Shown: positions 40,340 to 53,147, counted from the stretch's first letter. The stretch: 64,000 bases of DNA from Basidiobolus meristosporus CBS 931.73 (GCA_002104905.1 MCFE01000175.1:78765-142764), one strand, 5' to 3'. Translations and numbers: made by a program. The notes: generated from the sequence alone by a model not told the origin.

Positions 40340-43300
40340 ATTGGCAAAACACTGCCCAAACACCATTATGTGTTTCAGTTTCAGCTTTGGCAATTTTGGA
40401 TGCAGGATCACTGATTAGAATGGTGCTCATATTGCTTTGGGTATCAGAGATGAGAGTCTGTATAAGTTGACTTATATTGCATCATATCTGGAAGCCTATA
40501 TAAGCAAATTATATGAAGAAACACCAATGTCTTGGCACAGGAGATTTGGACATGTCAATTTTGATTATTTGTGCAAAATTATCAAAGATCTGCTAATTTC
40601 CAGAGAAAAAATTGATCCCCCAGCTAACATAGAGCACTCTGAAGCCTGTATATATGGGAAATGTGCCAGACAACTGCTCAAGAGCTCTGGGTTAATCAAA
40701 ACTCAGAAAAAACCAGATCTAATTCACTCAGATCTCTGTGGACCTATGCAAAATTTATCCATAGGAGGGATGAAGTATTTATTCACCTTGATTGATATAT
40801 ATACAAGAAACATGTGGGTCTACTTCATGGAGAGAATGGAAGAAGCTCTTTCTAAGCTGGTACAGTCTAAAGCCATGGCAGAGAGAGAAACTGGTGAAAA
40901 ATCAAGAAAATATGCTCTGACAGTAGTGACAAATATGCTGCAAAACTCTTCATCCACTTCTGCAAAATACACGGGATAGAGTAAGACACTACTCTACCAC
41001 GCTCCCCCCCCCAACAAAATGGAGTAGCAGAACATGCAAACAGATCAATGATTGATATGGCATGATCTATGATCTGTTATCAAAAATTATCCTATGATTT
41101 TTGGATGGATTCAGTTGCCACAGCTGTATAGCTTAATTATAGGAGTTTTAACAGAGTACTTTGTGATTTTACTCCATTTGAAGCATGGCATGGATACAGA
41201 CCAAGTGCAGAGCATCTAAGAATATTTGGGTGTATGTTATATGCCAAGAAACTGCCCAGAAATCAGTAAGGATTTGAGCCAAAAAGTGTAAAATGCATAT
41301 TTTGGGGCCACTGCAATGAGAGTAAAGCATACAGACTATACAATGCTAAAGCAAAGCTGTTGATCAAGTCCAGGGATGTGTTATTTGATTAAAATTCAAG
41401 ATTTCCACAAAAAATGACATCAGATGAAGACAAAAATCTGATCTAGAGTCCACCAATTGTCAAGATTGAATAAAAGCCAAACAATGAGATTTTTTTAACT
41501 TTGGAGGACTCTACAACCATGCTTCAGCCTGAATCAGTGCCCCAAAATCTCCCAGAAGTGGCTGCTCCCATAACAAATGCCAGGAGATCCCAACAGACAA
41601 TAAATAGCCTAAATTACCATATCAATGAGGGTACAAACTTAGCCTATGCCTATTCAGTTCATATTGATGAGCCCTAGACTGTAAAAGAGAACCTATATAG
41701 CCTTCTGACAAAGTTTTGGAGATCTGCAAAGGCTGAGCAATATCAGCCATAATGGAAAATCAAACTTAGGACATAATCAAATTACCAAGCCAGCAACAAC
41801 CAATTGAAAGCAGATGGGTCTTTACAACAAAGTACAAGGCTGATGGTACAGTTGAAACACACAAAGCAAGACTTGTGGCCAAAAGATACTCTCAGATAGA
41901 AGGACTTGACTATACTGAGACCTTGGCATCAGTAGCCAAGTTTAGTTCCATCAGATTAATATTGTCTATTGCAGCCAAATATGAGTTTTTTATACATCAA
42001 ATGTATGTAGAAACTGCACTTTTGAATGATGAACCTGATAAAGATGTGTGTATGGACCAGCCTGATGGGTTTGCTGACCAAGATAACCCCCATTTGTCAG
42101 CAAGCTTAAAAATCTCTATATAGTCTCAAACAATCACTGAGAGACTGGAATTGCAAGATAGATTCTTATTTGAAATCTTTGAGTTTCAAAAGGAGTAATG
42201 CTGACTGTAGTATATACTATTTGCCAGATGGTGCAAATCCAGTTCTATTAGCCCTATATGTGGATGATCTTATTATAGCCATCAATAACCTAGAAACCTT
42301 GGAAGAAACTAGAGTCAGCCTATCTGAATAGTTCAAGATGTTTAATCTAGGAGAACTAAGTTACTACTTACAGATAAAGCTCCCCATGGACATAGGTACC
42401 CACACTATCACCCTAAGCCAATCCAGTATACCCAAGATATACTAAAGAAGTACCAAATGAAAGACTGTAAACCAGCAGCTACCTTACTGGAGACAAACCT
42501 CAACTTAGTCAAAACTCAACCAAATCAACAGAGCTTGATGCCATCTGAAAGCCCCAACTTTCCTTATCTATCTAGGGTCAGCAGATTGATGTATATCATG
42601 CTTGGAACATGTCAAGATATCTCATATTTTGTGGGAGCTGTCAGCCAGTATAATCAGAGTTATGGATCTTAACTTATTGCAGCAGTTAAGCAGATTTTTA
42701 AATACCTAAAAGGAACTGTTGATATCTGCTTATGGTAAATTGATAAGGATTCATAACAAGATCTTGTAGGATAGTCTGATTCTGATTGGGGATAAAATTT
42801 AAAAGACAAAAGATCTACCACAGGATACACCTTTTTCTACTACAAAGGAGCAATTTCAGGAAATTCAAGAAAGCAACCTACTGTAGCACTTTCTACCACA
42901 GAGACAGTGTATATGGCTGCCTGTGAAGCACAAAAGAGACCATGTGGCTAAGAAAGCTCTTTAAAGATTTAGGCTTATGTCAAAAAATGTCTATTACTTT
43001 ATTTCCAGATAATCCAAGATGTTTACAATTAGGTAGAATTCCAACTTTTCATGCTAGAACTAAGCATATAGATATTAGACACCATTTCATACATGGAGCT
43101 ATAGAAAATAGCTTGGCTAACTTAGCTTACTGTCCTACAGATGAAATGATTGCCAACATATTCACCAAACCATTAGCCAGAGACAAGCTTGGATATCTTA
43201 GGTCAAAGTTAGGACTAGTTGGTATGAACATTTACTTGAATGAGAGTGTTGTAAGAAGTTGTAATCTCACCTAAATATTCACCAAACTTTGCCACTTGGA

Positions 43301-43593
43301 TCATTACCTTCAAAGCCTAGAGAAAAATGACCAAATTCCTTGCTTGGATTTACTGGAATATCTCACCCAAATACCAGGTACCCAGAACATGAAAATTCTC
43401 AAAGTTGTCCAAACTTCCCCAAACTTTCCATACATTTTCTTGCAACCCTCCTACACCTATTCTACATGCATGTTACATCAAGACCATGTGAATGTATAAA
43501 TATCACTTTTGCATTCAATAAATTGCCAAGGGAATACAACATAATCTACTAGTTCTCCTAATCACATAAAATATCTCCATGACTCTTAGAACA
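40340..43593 (+). mobile_element. Decayed Copia pol (GAG-pre-integrase, IN, RT, RNase H) with 3' LTR 43247-43593
   Basis: WHRRFGHVN, IHSDLCGP, KARLVAK.YSQ.EGLDY.ET, LALYVDDL, HARTKHIDIRHHF; LTR TGTTGTAA..TTAGAACA. Confidence 0.93.
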
Positions 43594-45575
43594 TACTCTC
43601 CACCATTGTCAGAGCATATTTTCTTGATTCTTTCATCACTTTCTCTCTCCACCATGGCTTTAGACACCCAGAGCTTAGACAGAGCTACTTTCTTTCTGTC
43701 CAAGAAGTGGACGCATGTGTATCTTGTATTATCAACAATAGAAATGAGTAAATACTTCATCCTGCCTAAGGATATGTTTTGCATAGGTCCACACAGATTA
43801 GAGTTAGATCTAGCTTTTTCTAGTTTTTACCAATCCAGAGCTCTTGAACAATTGTCTGGCTTACCTCCCATATATGCAGGCTTCACAGTGCTCTAAATTG
43901 GCTGGGGGATCTCTTTTTACTCCAGAAGTTAGCTGATCTTTGATCATTTTGCACTAATGATCAAAATTGATGTGTCCAAATCTCCTGTGCCAAAGCTTTG
44001 ATGATTCTTCATTTAAGTTACTTATATAGGCTTCCAGATTTACAGATTCTGATCTCTGATACCCAAAGCAATATGAGCACCATTTTGATCAGTGATCCTG
44101 CATCCAGAATTGACAAAGCTGAAACTGAGTCTTTCTGCTGTGGCCTTGCTTACAGATAGAAGGTTCTTGGCTATTTCTGGAACATAGAGTACTACTTGGA
44201 GGATAAGTGTGTGGCTTTGCTCACTGCTTCTAAGGCTTACTTGGATAGTTCCTTCTCCCACTGTAACAAGTGTTGCATCATCATCTATCAAAACCTTCTT
44301 AATTGGAATATCTTGATATTGGGTGAAAAGTTTTTTTTGGTGTGTTAAGTGTTGAGATGCTCCAGAGTCAATATACCATATCTGAGAATCCTTGTTTATG
44401 GTCATGCTTGGTGTAGATATATATAGTCTATCTTCAGATGTTGCAGTTTTTCATATTCAGTCTTCTTTGCTGATTATCTCTCTTTTTGGGACACCTGTCT
44501 GATATGTGTCCTTTCCTTTTGCAGTAGTTGCGAAACAGGTTGCTATCACCTTTGAAAGGTCTTGGGTATCTCCTTTGTTGGTTATCATTGCTTATTGAAG
44601 CATTTTCTTCTTCCATCTTATTGGCACTTGATTTTCTTAATTCTTCATCCAGGAGCCTTCCATATACGTAATATAAGGTCAAATCATCAGTTCTGGACTC
44701 TAGGGCTGATACAAGGCCCTGAAACTTGTCTGTCAGGCTATTTAGGATGGTAACTATCACATCCTCATCAGTAGTTGGTATGCCCACAGATTCCATTTCA
44801 TCCACCAGCAGGGTGTTTCTGTTAATCAGATTTTATATTTCTTCCCCTGGCTGCATCTTTGTAGTAAAGAGTTTTTGTCTCAGATACATTTCTTAGCAGC
44901 TGATCATGACTGATAGGTGTCTTCTAATGCCTTCCACACATTCTTTGCTGTTTTTGCACTTGAGCATTGAATTAGCAATTTGTCTTTAACATTAAGGCAA
45001 ATGCAGTTGAAGGCACCTTGTTCTTTCTTCTGGTGCTTTAAGGCTTCCTCTCCCTCTTTTTTAGGAGGGCATTCTTCTCCCATGATAATATCCCAAAGGC
45101 CTCTTTCTTGTAGCAGCATCTTCATCTTCACCTTCCACACTGATAGTTAGATCCATCCAACTTTTCAGCAGAAGGAAAAATCCCAGTACTAGCAGTAGTA
45201 GGCATTGTGGAGAGTGACGGCTTGGGGCTCATAGCCTATTGTAACAGTCATGGAGATATTGGAAGTTATTTGGAAGGACAAGTAGTTTATGTGGTTTTCA
45301 CTTTGTGATATATTGAATGTAAAAGTAGTATTTATACTTTTACATGGTCTTGGCATTACAAGCATGTAGAATACGTTAAGGAAGGGTTCATCAACATGTG
45401 TGCAAAGTTTGGGGCTGTTTGGACAACCCAGAGTATTCTCACAAAAATACCAGATACCCAGAACATGAAAATTCTCAAAGTAGGAATTTGGTCAGTATTC
45501 TCTAGGATTTGATGGTAATGATCTAAGTGACTAAGTTAGGTAAGTATTTAGGTGGAATTCCAAATTTTTACAACA
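43594..45575 (-). mobile_element. Copia 5' half (LTR 45237-45575, PBS, gag, protease, start of IN)
   Basis: PBS-like GGCTATGAGCCC; WKVKMKMLLQERGLWDII; CNYCKRKGHISDRC; WYIDSGASQH; CSDNGGEY. Confidence 0.92.
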
Positions 45576-46317
45576 GTATCTTTGTAGTAAAGAGTTTTTG
45601 TCTAAGATACATTTTCTTGGCAGCTGGACATGACTGTTAGGTGTCTTCTAATGCCTTCCAGGCATTATTTGATGTTTTTGCTCTTGAGCATTGAATTAGC
45701 AATTTGTCTTTGACATTGGAGCAAATGAGGTTAAAGGCACTTTGCTCTTCCTTCTGGTACTTTAAGGATTCCTCTCCTACATTTTTAGGAGGGCATTCTT
45801 CTCCTGTGACAATCTCCCAAAGGCCTCTTTCTTGTAGCAGCATCTTCACCTTCACCTTCACCTTCCACACATGGTAGTTAGATCCATTCCACTTTTCATC
45901 AGAGGGAGAAGTTCCAGTAATAGCAGCTGTAGATATTGCAGAGAGTGACAGCTTGAGGCTCCTAACCTGTTGTAAGAGTCTTGGAGACATCGGAAGTGAT
46001 TAGGAGAATGAGTAGATTATGTATTTATCACTTATTGATCAATTGAATGTAAGAGTAGGATTGATACTTTTACATGATCTTGGTGTAGCAAACATGTAGA
46101 ATAGGAGTAGGGAGATTCCAAGAACATGTGTGCAAAGTTTGGGGCTGTTTGAACAACTTTGAGAATTCTCATGTTCTGGGTACCTGGTATTGTGGTGAGA
46201 GTATTCCAAGTAAATCCCAACCAGGAATTTGGTCAGTATTCTCTAGGGTTTGAGGGAATTGACCCAAGTGACTAAGCTAGGTGAATATTCAGGTGGAATT
46301 TTCGAATTTTTGCAACC
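45576..46317 (-). mobile_element. Second Copia 5' LTR (45968-46317) plus gag start
   Basis: WNGSNYHVWKVK..LLQERGLWEIV; PBS-like GGTTAGGAGCC; further LTR scraps extend to about 46575. Confidence 0.88.
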
Positions 46318-47218
46318 AATATTACAAGCAACTTTGATGGCAGTATTTGTAGTACCAGATTGATTATCATTCTATATAGCATTTGAAAGTAGTTTGATGC
46401 CTATGTTCTTGTAAATAGGAATATCTGGAGGACAATGTTCTGGGTACCTGGTGTTTTGGTGAGAATACTCACAGTGCCAACAAGGAACCTGGTTAGAAAC
46501 CCCTAAGATTTGTAGGCAAAATCCAAGTGATCAAGTTGGGTGAATATCTGGGTGTAATACAAGATCCACAACACTCCCACCAAACCATGACCCTAACATG
46601 GCTAATGTGCTCCACGCAGGCAGACCTGCCCATTCCAACACTACTGTATAAGATAGTGGGTGACAAGCCTTGTTACAAGGTTGGGGGTGGAATGAGGAGC
46701 TTGGTTGGTATTCATATGACTGCAGCCTGAACTGGCCACTCTCGGAGATTCCCCAGTCACCGTGTTCTGGTCAGCGGTGGGCATGGGTCCGAGTGCCACT
46801 CGTCCACTGGAGACCCCACGGTGCGGACGGTACGATCCGGGAGCAATTCTCTCTGGACTGCCGGCTGTTGAGGCCCACGCTGGACGGACCCGAACACCTC
46901 CCGGCTTCCCCTTCCCCCCCCCCTCCTCCACACTCCGTATCGAGGGGCCAGTGAACCACCTGCGCATCTCGTCTCTCCAAACCCATCATCCCCCATGGAC
47001 TCAACCCTAGCCTACCTCCCCTCGAGTATTCACCCCGTCGATGGGATCCGGTCGGGACCACCACTAGGTCGTTCCATTTCGGGGGAATCCCGTCGTGGGT
47101 CGGCGGCGGGCAATACCACGTAGGCGTTCCGGTTGGCAGGGAACATGATCAGTTCGTGTGGGAGTGTATGTTTACGGGTAGGTGAGTTCACGTGGATCCT
47201 TCTATGTTTACATCGGTA

Positions 47219-47266
47219 TGTGTGTGCGTGTGCGTGTGCGGGCGTTGGTGTGTGTATGTATATGTA

Positions 47267-47313
<47 letters not shown>

Positions 47314-47322
47314 GCACGCGCG
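47219..47322. repeat. (TG)n microsatellite, pure core 47271-47309
   Basis: Directly visible; a TGTACG/TGTACA hexamer run follows at about 47466-47500. Confidence 0.95.
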
Positions 47323-48308
47323 CACATTCGCCAACCAATCAAGAGGAGACGAGATGGCATGGACACCACTACCACGTAAGGCCTACCGGGGGTTTCAAGG
47401 CCGCTCACCGCCTCCGGGAAGCCGTAAAAATAGCCACTCGACGGACCTATCGATGGGGAGGAGGAGTACGTGTACGTGTACGTGTACATGTACATGTACG
47501 AAGGTGTGAGCGAGGAAAGTTGGACGACCGATCTGGTTTGGGCCGAATCATCCCTGGAGGACACCATCCAATCGACCAAGCCCTGGGCGGACCAGCCGGG
47601 ACTCGAGCAAGTCGGAACTGGCCACTGTCGACCACGGAGTGGCCTTTCACCGGTCCCTCCCCACGGGAATCTCGCAAAACCAACGACTCCAGGAAACCAC
47701 GCTCTCGTGCAGCCATAACCTTCCTCACGAGAGTGACCAGGTCGGTTCACAGTCCGGGTCGCGGTGGGTTACGATGCCGAGAATTCCGGCCGTTCTCTCT
47801 TTATTTTTCGTTCAATAGAAGGAGGGGGAGTGAACAGGTGAGGAGGGAGGAGGGAGGGGGACCTCCTCGGGGTCGGCCATCGGGATACGTGTATCTGCAT
47901 CAACTTGTTATCAAGAAACTGGGATATAGAGCGAAAGAAACCAGTCCACGGCAAAAAAGAATCAGGGAGGGGGGTTGTGGAAGCGAGGTAGGCTTGGCCT
48001 AGGCGTTGCATGAATCAAAAAGAAAAGAAAGGGTGGAGGCGAGGCTGAGGGTGGAGTGGAAGGTGAAGAGTGGCAAAGGTAAAAGCGGGATCGGAGAGGG
48101 AGCAGGTATGGCTTGGCCAGAGCTCGAGTAGACTTCTCGGTGCGCGCGAGCATTAATAAGGAAGGTGGGATGCTAAGCAGAAGGTAAAAGGCAAATGGAA
48201 AGGAAAGGAAAGGAAAAGGAGGGGGAAGGAAGAAGAGGAAAAGGTCCTCAAAGAGAACAACCACTGACATGGATGAGCTCTTGGTACCTAGGGGGGAGGA
48301 GGAGGTTT

Positions 48309-49016
48309 TTAAAGCAGAATACAACAGCCCTGGCTACTGGCTTTGGTGGAAACCTTGGTAACCGACTTTCGGTTCTGAATCTTGCGCATAATCTCAGTAT
48401 ATACTTGCTCTACATTTTCCCTAGTCTTTGCACTGGTCTCCACGTAAGGACAACCCCACTCCTGGGCCTTGGCCTCGGCCTCTTCACGGCTGACCTTACG
48501 AAGATGATCCAGATCGGTTTTGTTGCCTACCAAGATGAACGGTATCTGGGGAGAGGGAAGGGGGTTAGTCTTGCAACGAGAGAGGGCCAGTTATCCCGGA
48601 AGACTTGCTTACCGAAGAGTCGTCCAACACACGAAGGATCTGGTCACGGAAATCGTCTGCATGCTGGAAAGATTCGTGTTCGCAAATGGAAAACACACAC
48701 AGGAAGCCTTCTCCGGAGCGGTAGTAGTTATCACGAATCTAACGTTCACAAGAAGCTTAGTGGGAACGGTCTACGTTACGGCAAGGGTGGCGGGGATACT
48801 TACGGCAGCATATTCTTCTTGACCAGCAGTATCAAGAATATCAATTTGGCATTCGCTTCCGTCCAGGACAACCTTCTTGCGGTAGGAGTCTGCCTTTGTC
48901 GGGTCGTACTCTTCTACGAAATCCCCGTACATGAACTGCAGGGTCAAGGCAGATTTTCCTACACCACCACTGCCTACCATGATGACTTTATGGAGGGGGA
49001 CAACAGGCTTACTCAT
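48309..49016 (-). CDS. RAL: Ral-subfamily small GTPase, 191 aa; exons 49016-48804, 48738-48613, 48545-48309
   Basis: [23 protein letters not shown]; effector loop YDPTKADSY (Ral-type K-A versus Ras I-E); [27 protein letters not shown]; C-terminal CCILL. Introns of 65 and 67 nt, GTAAG..CTAAG/CTAAC..AG, phase 0; spliced frame open. Confidence 0.96.
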
Positions 49017-51010
49017 GGCGATATTCTAGAGACTGGATAGGTGGGGATCGTTGGCTGGTGGAAAGAAAAAAGCGTAGTTTGGGAGGGGCGGGGCGGGGCG
49101 GGGAAGAAAAGTGGGAAGTAGTTGGTCAAAGAAGGCAAAATAAGGAAGACAAAAAGGTAAAGAAATGGTCAAGTGGAATCAATGCGATTTGTTTATATTA
49201 ATATTAAGGACTCTTTCACAATCCTGGTAGACTGGTCGGAAGAATTGATTCACAGTATTCTACCCTCTGGGTGGAATGTTAGGAATCCATTTTTAAGACA
49301 GCATTGATTTAGGATAAATAAGCGGCCATAAGCCATGGCAGCGTACAATTCAATTGGGATGCAATTATGTACATTGCACAAGCTCCAATCATGTCCTAAT
49401 TTCCTCAATATTCCCGACGATTTATATATATGGATGGCAGCATCCTATTCAGCAGGATCCATTGTCATCAGCGACATCCAATGGGCGGTGCAAGCGGGTG
49501 ATCGCAATTCTGTTTAGAATGGTCTCGAGAGTGTCTGATGTCAGTGATATCATTGCATTATGTGAATCCCATGCATGAGATGAATGTTGCACATATTAGC
49601 TGCGCAGCTGATTCGCTCTGCGTGAAAGTGAGGGTAGATCAACGAGCACATTCAAACTCGCGTACATATGGAAACGGGTTTGCGGTCCAACTATATCGAG
49701 AAATAAGATTTTCAGGGCCAATCAAGCGCAGCCCTTGGGTTACACCGCCTGCTTCAATGATGAGATCCACTAGAGCATTATCTCGCAAATGCCTTCGAAT
49801 CACGGTGGCACTGTGATTACCAGTTGGCCTTTCCCCAGGACGACGCTGGGTTTGGTGCGGCATGTAGCAGGGCTGCTTTAGGAAGCCCCATTGTCTGAAT
49901 TCCATCCTTGCCGGCGATGGAAGGGAAGCTCCGGGGGCCATTCCGTGTGCGGGATAGGCCGGCCAACCTGCCGGGGCATGCATGGACAACAAAGAAACCC
50001 AAGTCTTCATACTCTGGAGCAGATGCGATACAGGCGCAGCCGAGCTTTGCTGAATGCTGCGCTGCAAAGCCCAGGGATGGGCAAAGGGTAGCTGGAGGTG
50101 GCCCTGAAGGGCAGCAGTATGTAGCGTGGCTCCGATTGTTCCAGGCCCCACTCTTGCGAAGTCCCTGTTGAAACAAACCATGGCATCGTCACAGCAACAA
50201 CATCCAGTTCGTCACTAGATACATCCTATTGGAGCCGAGAACGATTCCTGTTGGATAAGATCATATAGCAAATATAGCCAGATCTGACATTTGGCTTAAT
50301 GGAAATGAAATTAAATGGCATTGTGTAACACAGAATCACACATGCTACATTTGTGCCAACCCGCTAATCTAATCGCATTCTAGAGGTGAGTAGATTGGCC
50401 GTGTTGGCAGGAGGTGAAGTGGAATTGCACCACTTGCGCCGCCCCGGCTTATGAAGCCCGGCATCTCTCAGCACCAAGCCTTGTGAGCACGCTCGAGGTG
50501 CAGTATGGATGGAGTCTTGGAGCTGCCAGGCTGGGTAAAATGAAGTAGCCGCCCCTTTGATCTCGCCGGAGGAGCGCAGCGCAGTATTGCTCTACAGCGG
50601 GCCCATCTGTTGGCCCCCAATTCCCAGACCCTACAACCAAGCTGGTGGTGGGCCATCGATATTGGTCTGTTGGTGGACATGGGATGGGCGTGGACGATTT
50701 CCATGTATTGATGGATCACATGTGTACATCGCTAGTGGGTCCCTGAATGGACTTGGGGTCGGTATGTTCGGGGATCAGAAATGATCAACAGAGCGTCATA
50801 GAAGTTGATGACGGACTACCGATTTTGGTTAAGAATGGTGAAGAGTACAGGACTGGGTGTGGGTACTAGTATCTAAGCAGCTGGCAAGCAGGAATAGCGC
50901 TGCCCGAGAACTCATCATTGGCTGCTATCTTCGATTCTGGATATTTCTCCATGGCCTCATCGTTACGCTTGCATGATTGTGTGCCACCAAATTATCACTG
51001 ATCTCAATGC

Positions 51011-51094
51011 TTAGGGTTAGGGTTGGGATGATCTTAGGGTTAGGTCACTTGTACTTCCTGCTTACACTTCCACGCCCAGAGGGTGGGTTAGGGT
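51011..51094 (+). repeat. Interstitial telomere-like motifs (TTAGGG)2 TTGGG, TTAGGGTTAGG, GGGTTAGGG
   Basis: Directly visible; same polarity as the terminal telomere. Confidence 0.8.
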
Positions 51095-51311
51095 TTGGTA
51101 AATGACCTTGATACAAGCAGGATCTGACCCATTAAACACAAGCCGTCCGTCTAACCCACTTAGCCCCATCCTGATGCTCCTCTCACACCAACTCTGACTT
51201 GGTGGTCTCTAAGCATGCTGCTCGACTGTTGCACACTACGTTTGGGCAGGGTGTATGTTACAACTCAACACATTTGAAAGTCATTTATTGCTTAGTAACT
51301 TGAAAAGTGGC

Positions 51312-51944
51312 TCATTTCTTAACCTTTTGGGCTTCCTCTTCGGCCTTGAGCTTGGCACGCTTTTCACGAATACCACGGTAACGTTGCTCGGAGCGGACGT
51401 TACGAAGGGTGGCGTAGGCGGAAGCGGTCTTCTCCTCATCAGTAACCTTGCGGGCCTTCTCCTTCTTGATCACCTGGGTAACAGGCATGACGGGTCCGGA
51501 GATTTGCTTGGCCTCGGCGGTTTCGGCGGCCTCACTGTCACCCTTCTTGGGCTTGCCAGCCTTCTTGGGGAAGACAATGAGCTTGGCCTTGTAAGCCTTG
51601 AGACGTTGGACGTTCAAGTTGAGAGACTCCTCGGACTTGTTGCGACGACGGTGGTCGACGGAGATGCCGATGGTGAGAGCCTCCTTGCGTCTGATACCAG
51701 CGCTCTTGAGCTCCTCCAAGGTGAAACCCTTGCCGGCTCTGAGCTTGGTGTTGTATTTGATGGTGGGGCATCTGACGGCAGGTCTGAGAAGACCGTCGAC
51801 GGGGCGAGGGGCGATGCGGGCAGCCTTTTGGACACGATTGAGTCTTCTGCGCTTCTTGCGTCCGGCTTGATCGAACCAGGTCTTGACACGCAATTGCCAG
51901 TCCTTACGGAAGTGGTTGTTCGGCAACTGATTGTTGTGCTTCAT
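51312..51944 (-). CDS. RPL13: 60S ribosomal protein L13 (eL13), 210 aa, intact
   Basis: [78 protein letters not shown]; strong ribosomal-protein codon bias. Confidence 0.98.
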   Translation of the reverse strand: MKHNNQLPNNHFRKDWQLRVKTWFDQAGRKKRRRLNRVQKAARIAPRPVDGLLRPAVRCPTIKYNTKLRAGKGFTLEELKSAGIRRKEALTIGISVDHRRRNKSEESLNLNVQRLKAYKAKLIVFPKKAGKPKKGDSEAAETAEAKQISGPVMPVTQVIKKEKARKVTDEEKTASAYATLRNVRSEQRYRGIREKRAKLKAEEEAQKVKK

Positions 51945-51947
51945 TTC

Positions 51948-52098
51948 CTATGAATGGAGAGTTAGGGACAAATGACCAACAGGGGATGGTGCAGCGATTG
52001 GATGGCTGGGCAGCGCAAAAAGGATACGGTTGTTTTAGAACAACAAGGACTTGAAGGAAAGAGAAGGAAACCAGTCGCCTCACGAAGACTTTTTTATA
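51948..52098 (-). promoter_or_regulatory. RPL13 core promoter and 80-nt 5'-UTR intron (52027-51948)
   Basis: TATAAAA at 52098-52092; pyrimidine tract TTTCCTTCTCTTTCCTTC at about 52070-52053; GTATCC..CCTAAC..CATAG ending 3 nt before the ATG. Confidence 0.7.
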
Positions 52099-52467
52099 AA
52101 GGGATCTCAACAAATCCACGAGCCGCCATTTTCTATTGGTGTAGCGGATGGAAAATTTGCTCCTCCTCTGATGGCGCTGAGGCTGATGAGAAATTTTTTC
52201 CATTTTTTCCCGGGGGTTGGGCAGAGGGGCGCTGATGTGGGATTTCAACTCTCACTGACCCCGCCGGCGTGCGTTGTCGCTTCCCTGGTTGCGTTGGATG
52301 CCACTGGACGCCCACTCCGCTCTGATCCGCATTGACTACAGGTCTATACGACTCTGCTCTGCCTGGCCGACAGAGCTGGCGGCGGTGTGATGGACAATGG
52401 GTGGATTTCAGCTCCAGTGTTTATTAATGTTCATGTGATATGTGGTTGGTCAACGATGGCTACAGTA

Positions 52468-52869
52468 TTAGTGCTCTTGGATGCGAAGTCTGGTGTTGGC
52501 GTTGGCTTTGGTAACCTTGGCGTTCGGTTGCTGCGCACGCTCCACAATGGCAATGCGGCTCTTGGTGCTGGTATTGTGAGCAATCTCAGCAGCGTACGTG
52601 CGGTTCTGCATCAACGGGACCTCCGGCTCTCACACGTTGGAGACGACGAACTCCCTGAACCCGCTGGGCATGAGGTGACAGGTCTTTTGGTTGGAGTCGT
52701 ACCCGGTCTTGGGGATGGGGATTTGTCCCTTGAATCGGCGACGAACTCGATTCTCAATACCCTTGGGCTTTCTTCACGACTCTTTGGCAGTCTTGTAGCA
52801 GCCAGATTGGTGACGCTTGAAGGACTTGGTACGTTTTCTGACGGCCGCGACTCGGTTGGTGGGGGCCAT
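52468..52869 (-). pseudogene. RPL32: 60S ribosomal protein L32 (eL32) pseudogene, two in-frame TGA
   Basis: [80 protein letters not shown]..; stops at 52774-52776 and 52630-52632; several conserved residues changed; AATAAA downstream. Missed by the ORF track. Confidence 0.95.
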
Positions 52870-53147
52870 GGTCTATTTGGCATCGAACGATTTGCCGTTA
52901 GTACATCTCGTTCTAGGCTCTCTGCATGCAGTCTTTTCGCAGAGGGTGTCGAAGTTTCGGGGGCAGGATGGTTATCATGTGGATAGATTCGTGTGCAACG
53001 CGATATGGATTCAAATTCCCTTGCTCACCATTCCAAGCAATTCTCCGCAACGAGGGTGCTGGGGGGTGAATAATGTCTACTACTGGCTTTCCAGAAAATC
53101 ATCCATGACTCTGGATTTGGCGTATTACGAATTTGTGCAGTTCGTGC

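Noticed and set aside
47133-48002. 289-aa ORF with CVCV/VRVH runs
   Set aside because: Kept open by microsatellites; low complexity with no domain.
48195-49040. 281-aa plus-strand ORF
   Set aside because: Antisense to the spliced Ral gene, with no recognisable motifs.
50775-50918. Possible box C/D snoRNA on minus (ATGATGA..CTGA), including GATCATTTCT resembling U3 box A
   Set aside because: No terminal stem, no D'/C' boxes, no rRNA guide I can identify, and the U3 flanking context is absent.
51011-51044. Telomerase RNA template candidate (CCCTAA on minus)
   Set aside because: More than two repeats in several pieces rather than one template of about 1.5 repeats; no pseudoknot or other support visible.
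51255-51953. 232-aa plus-strand ORF and other overlapping ORFs
   Set aside because: Antisense shadows of codon-biased RPL13.
52468-52869. RPL32 as a processed retrocopy, or as a UGA-recoded/edited gene
   Set aside because: A branch point and acceptor precede the ATG and there is no poly(A) tract. Conserved residues are also altered, and RPL13 and the transposase show no UGA recoding, so ordinary decay is simpler.
52387-52986. 199-aa plus-strand ORF
   Set aside because: Antisense shadow of the RPL32 pseudogene.
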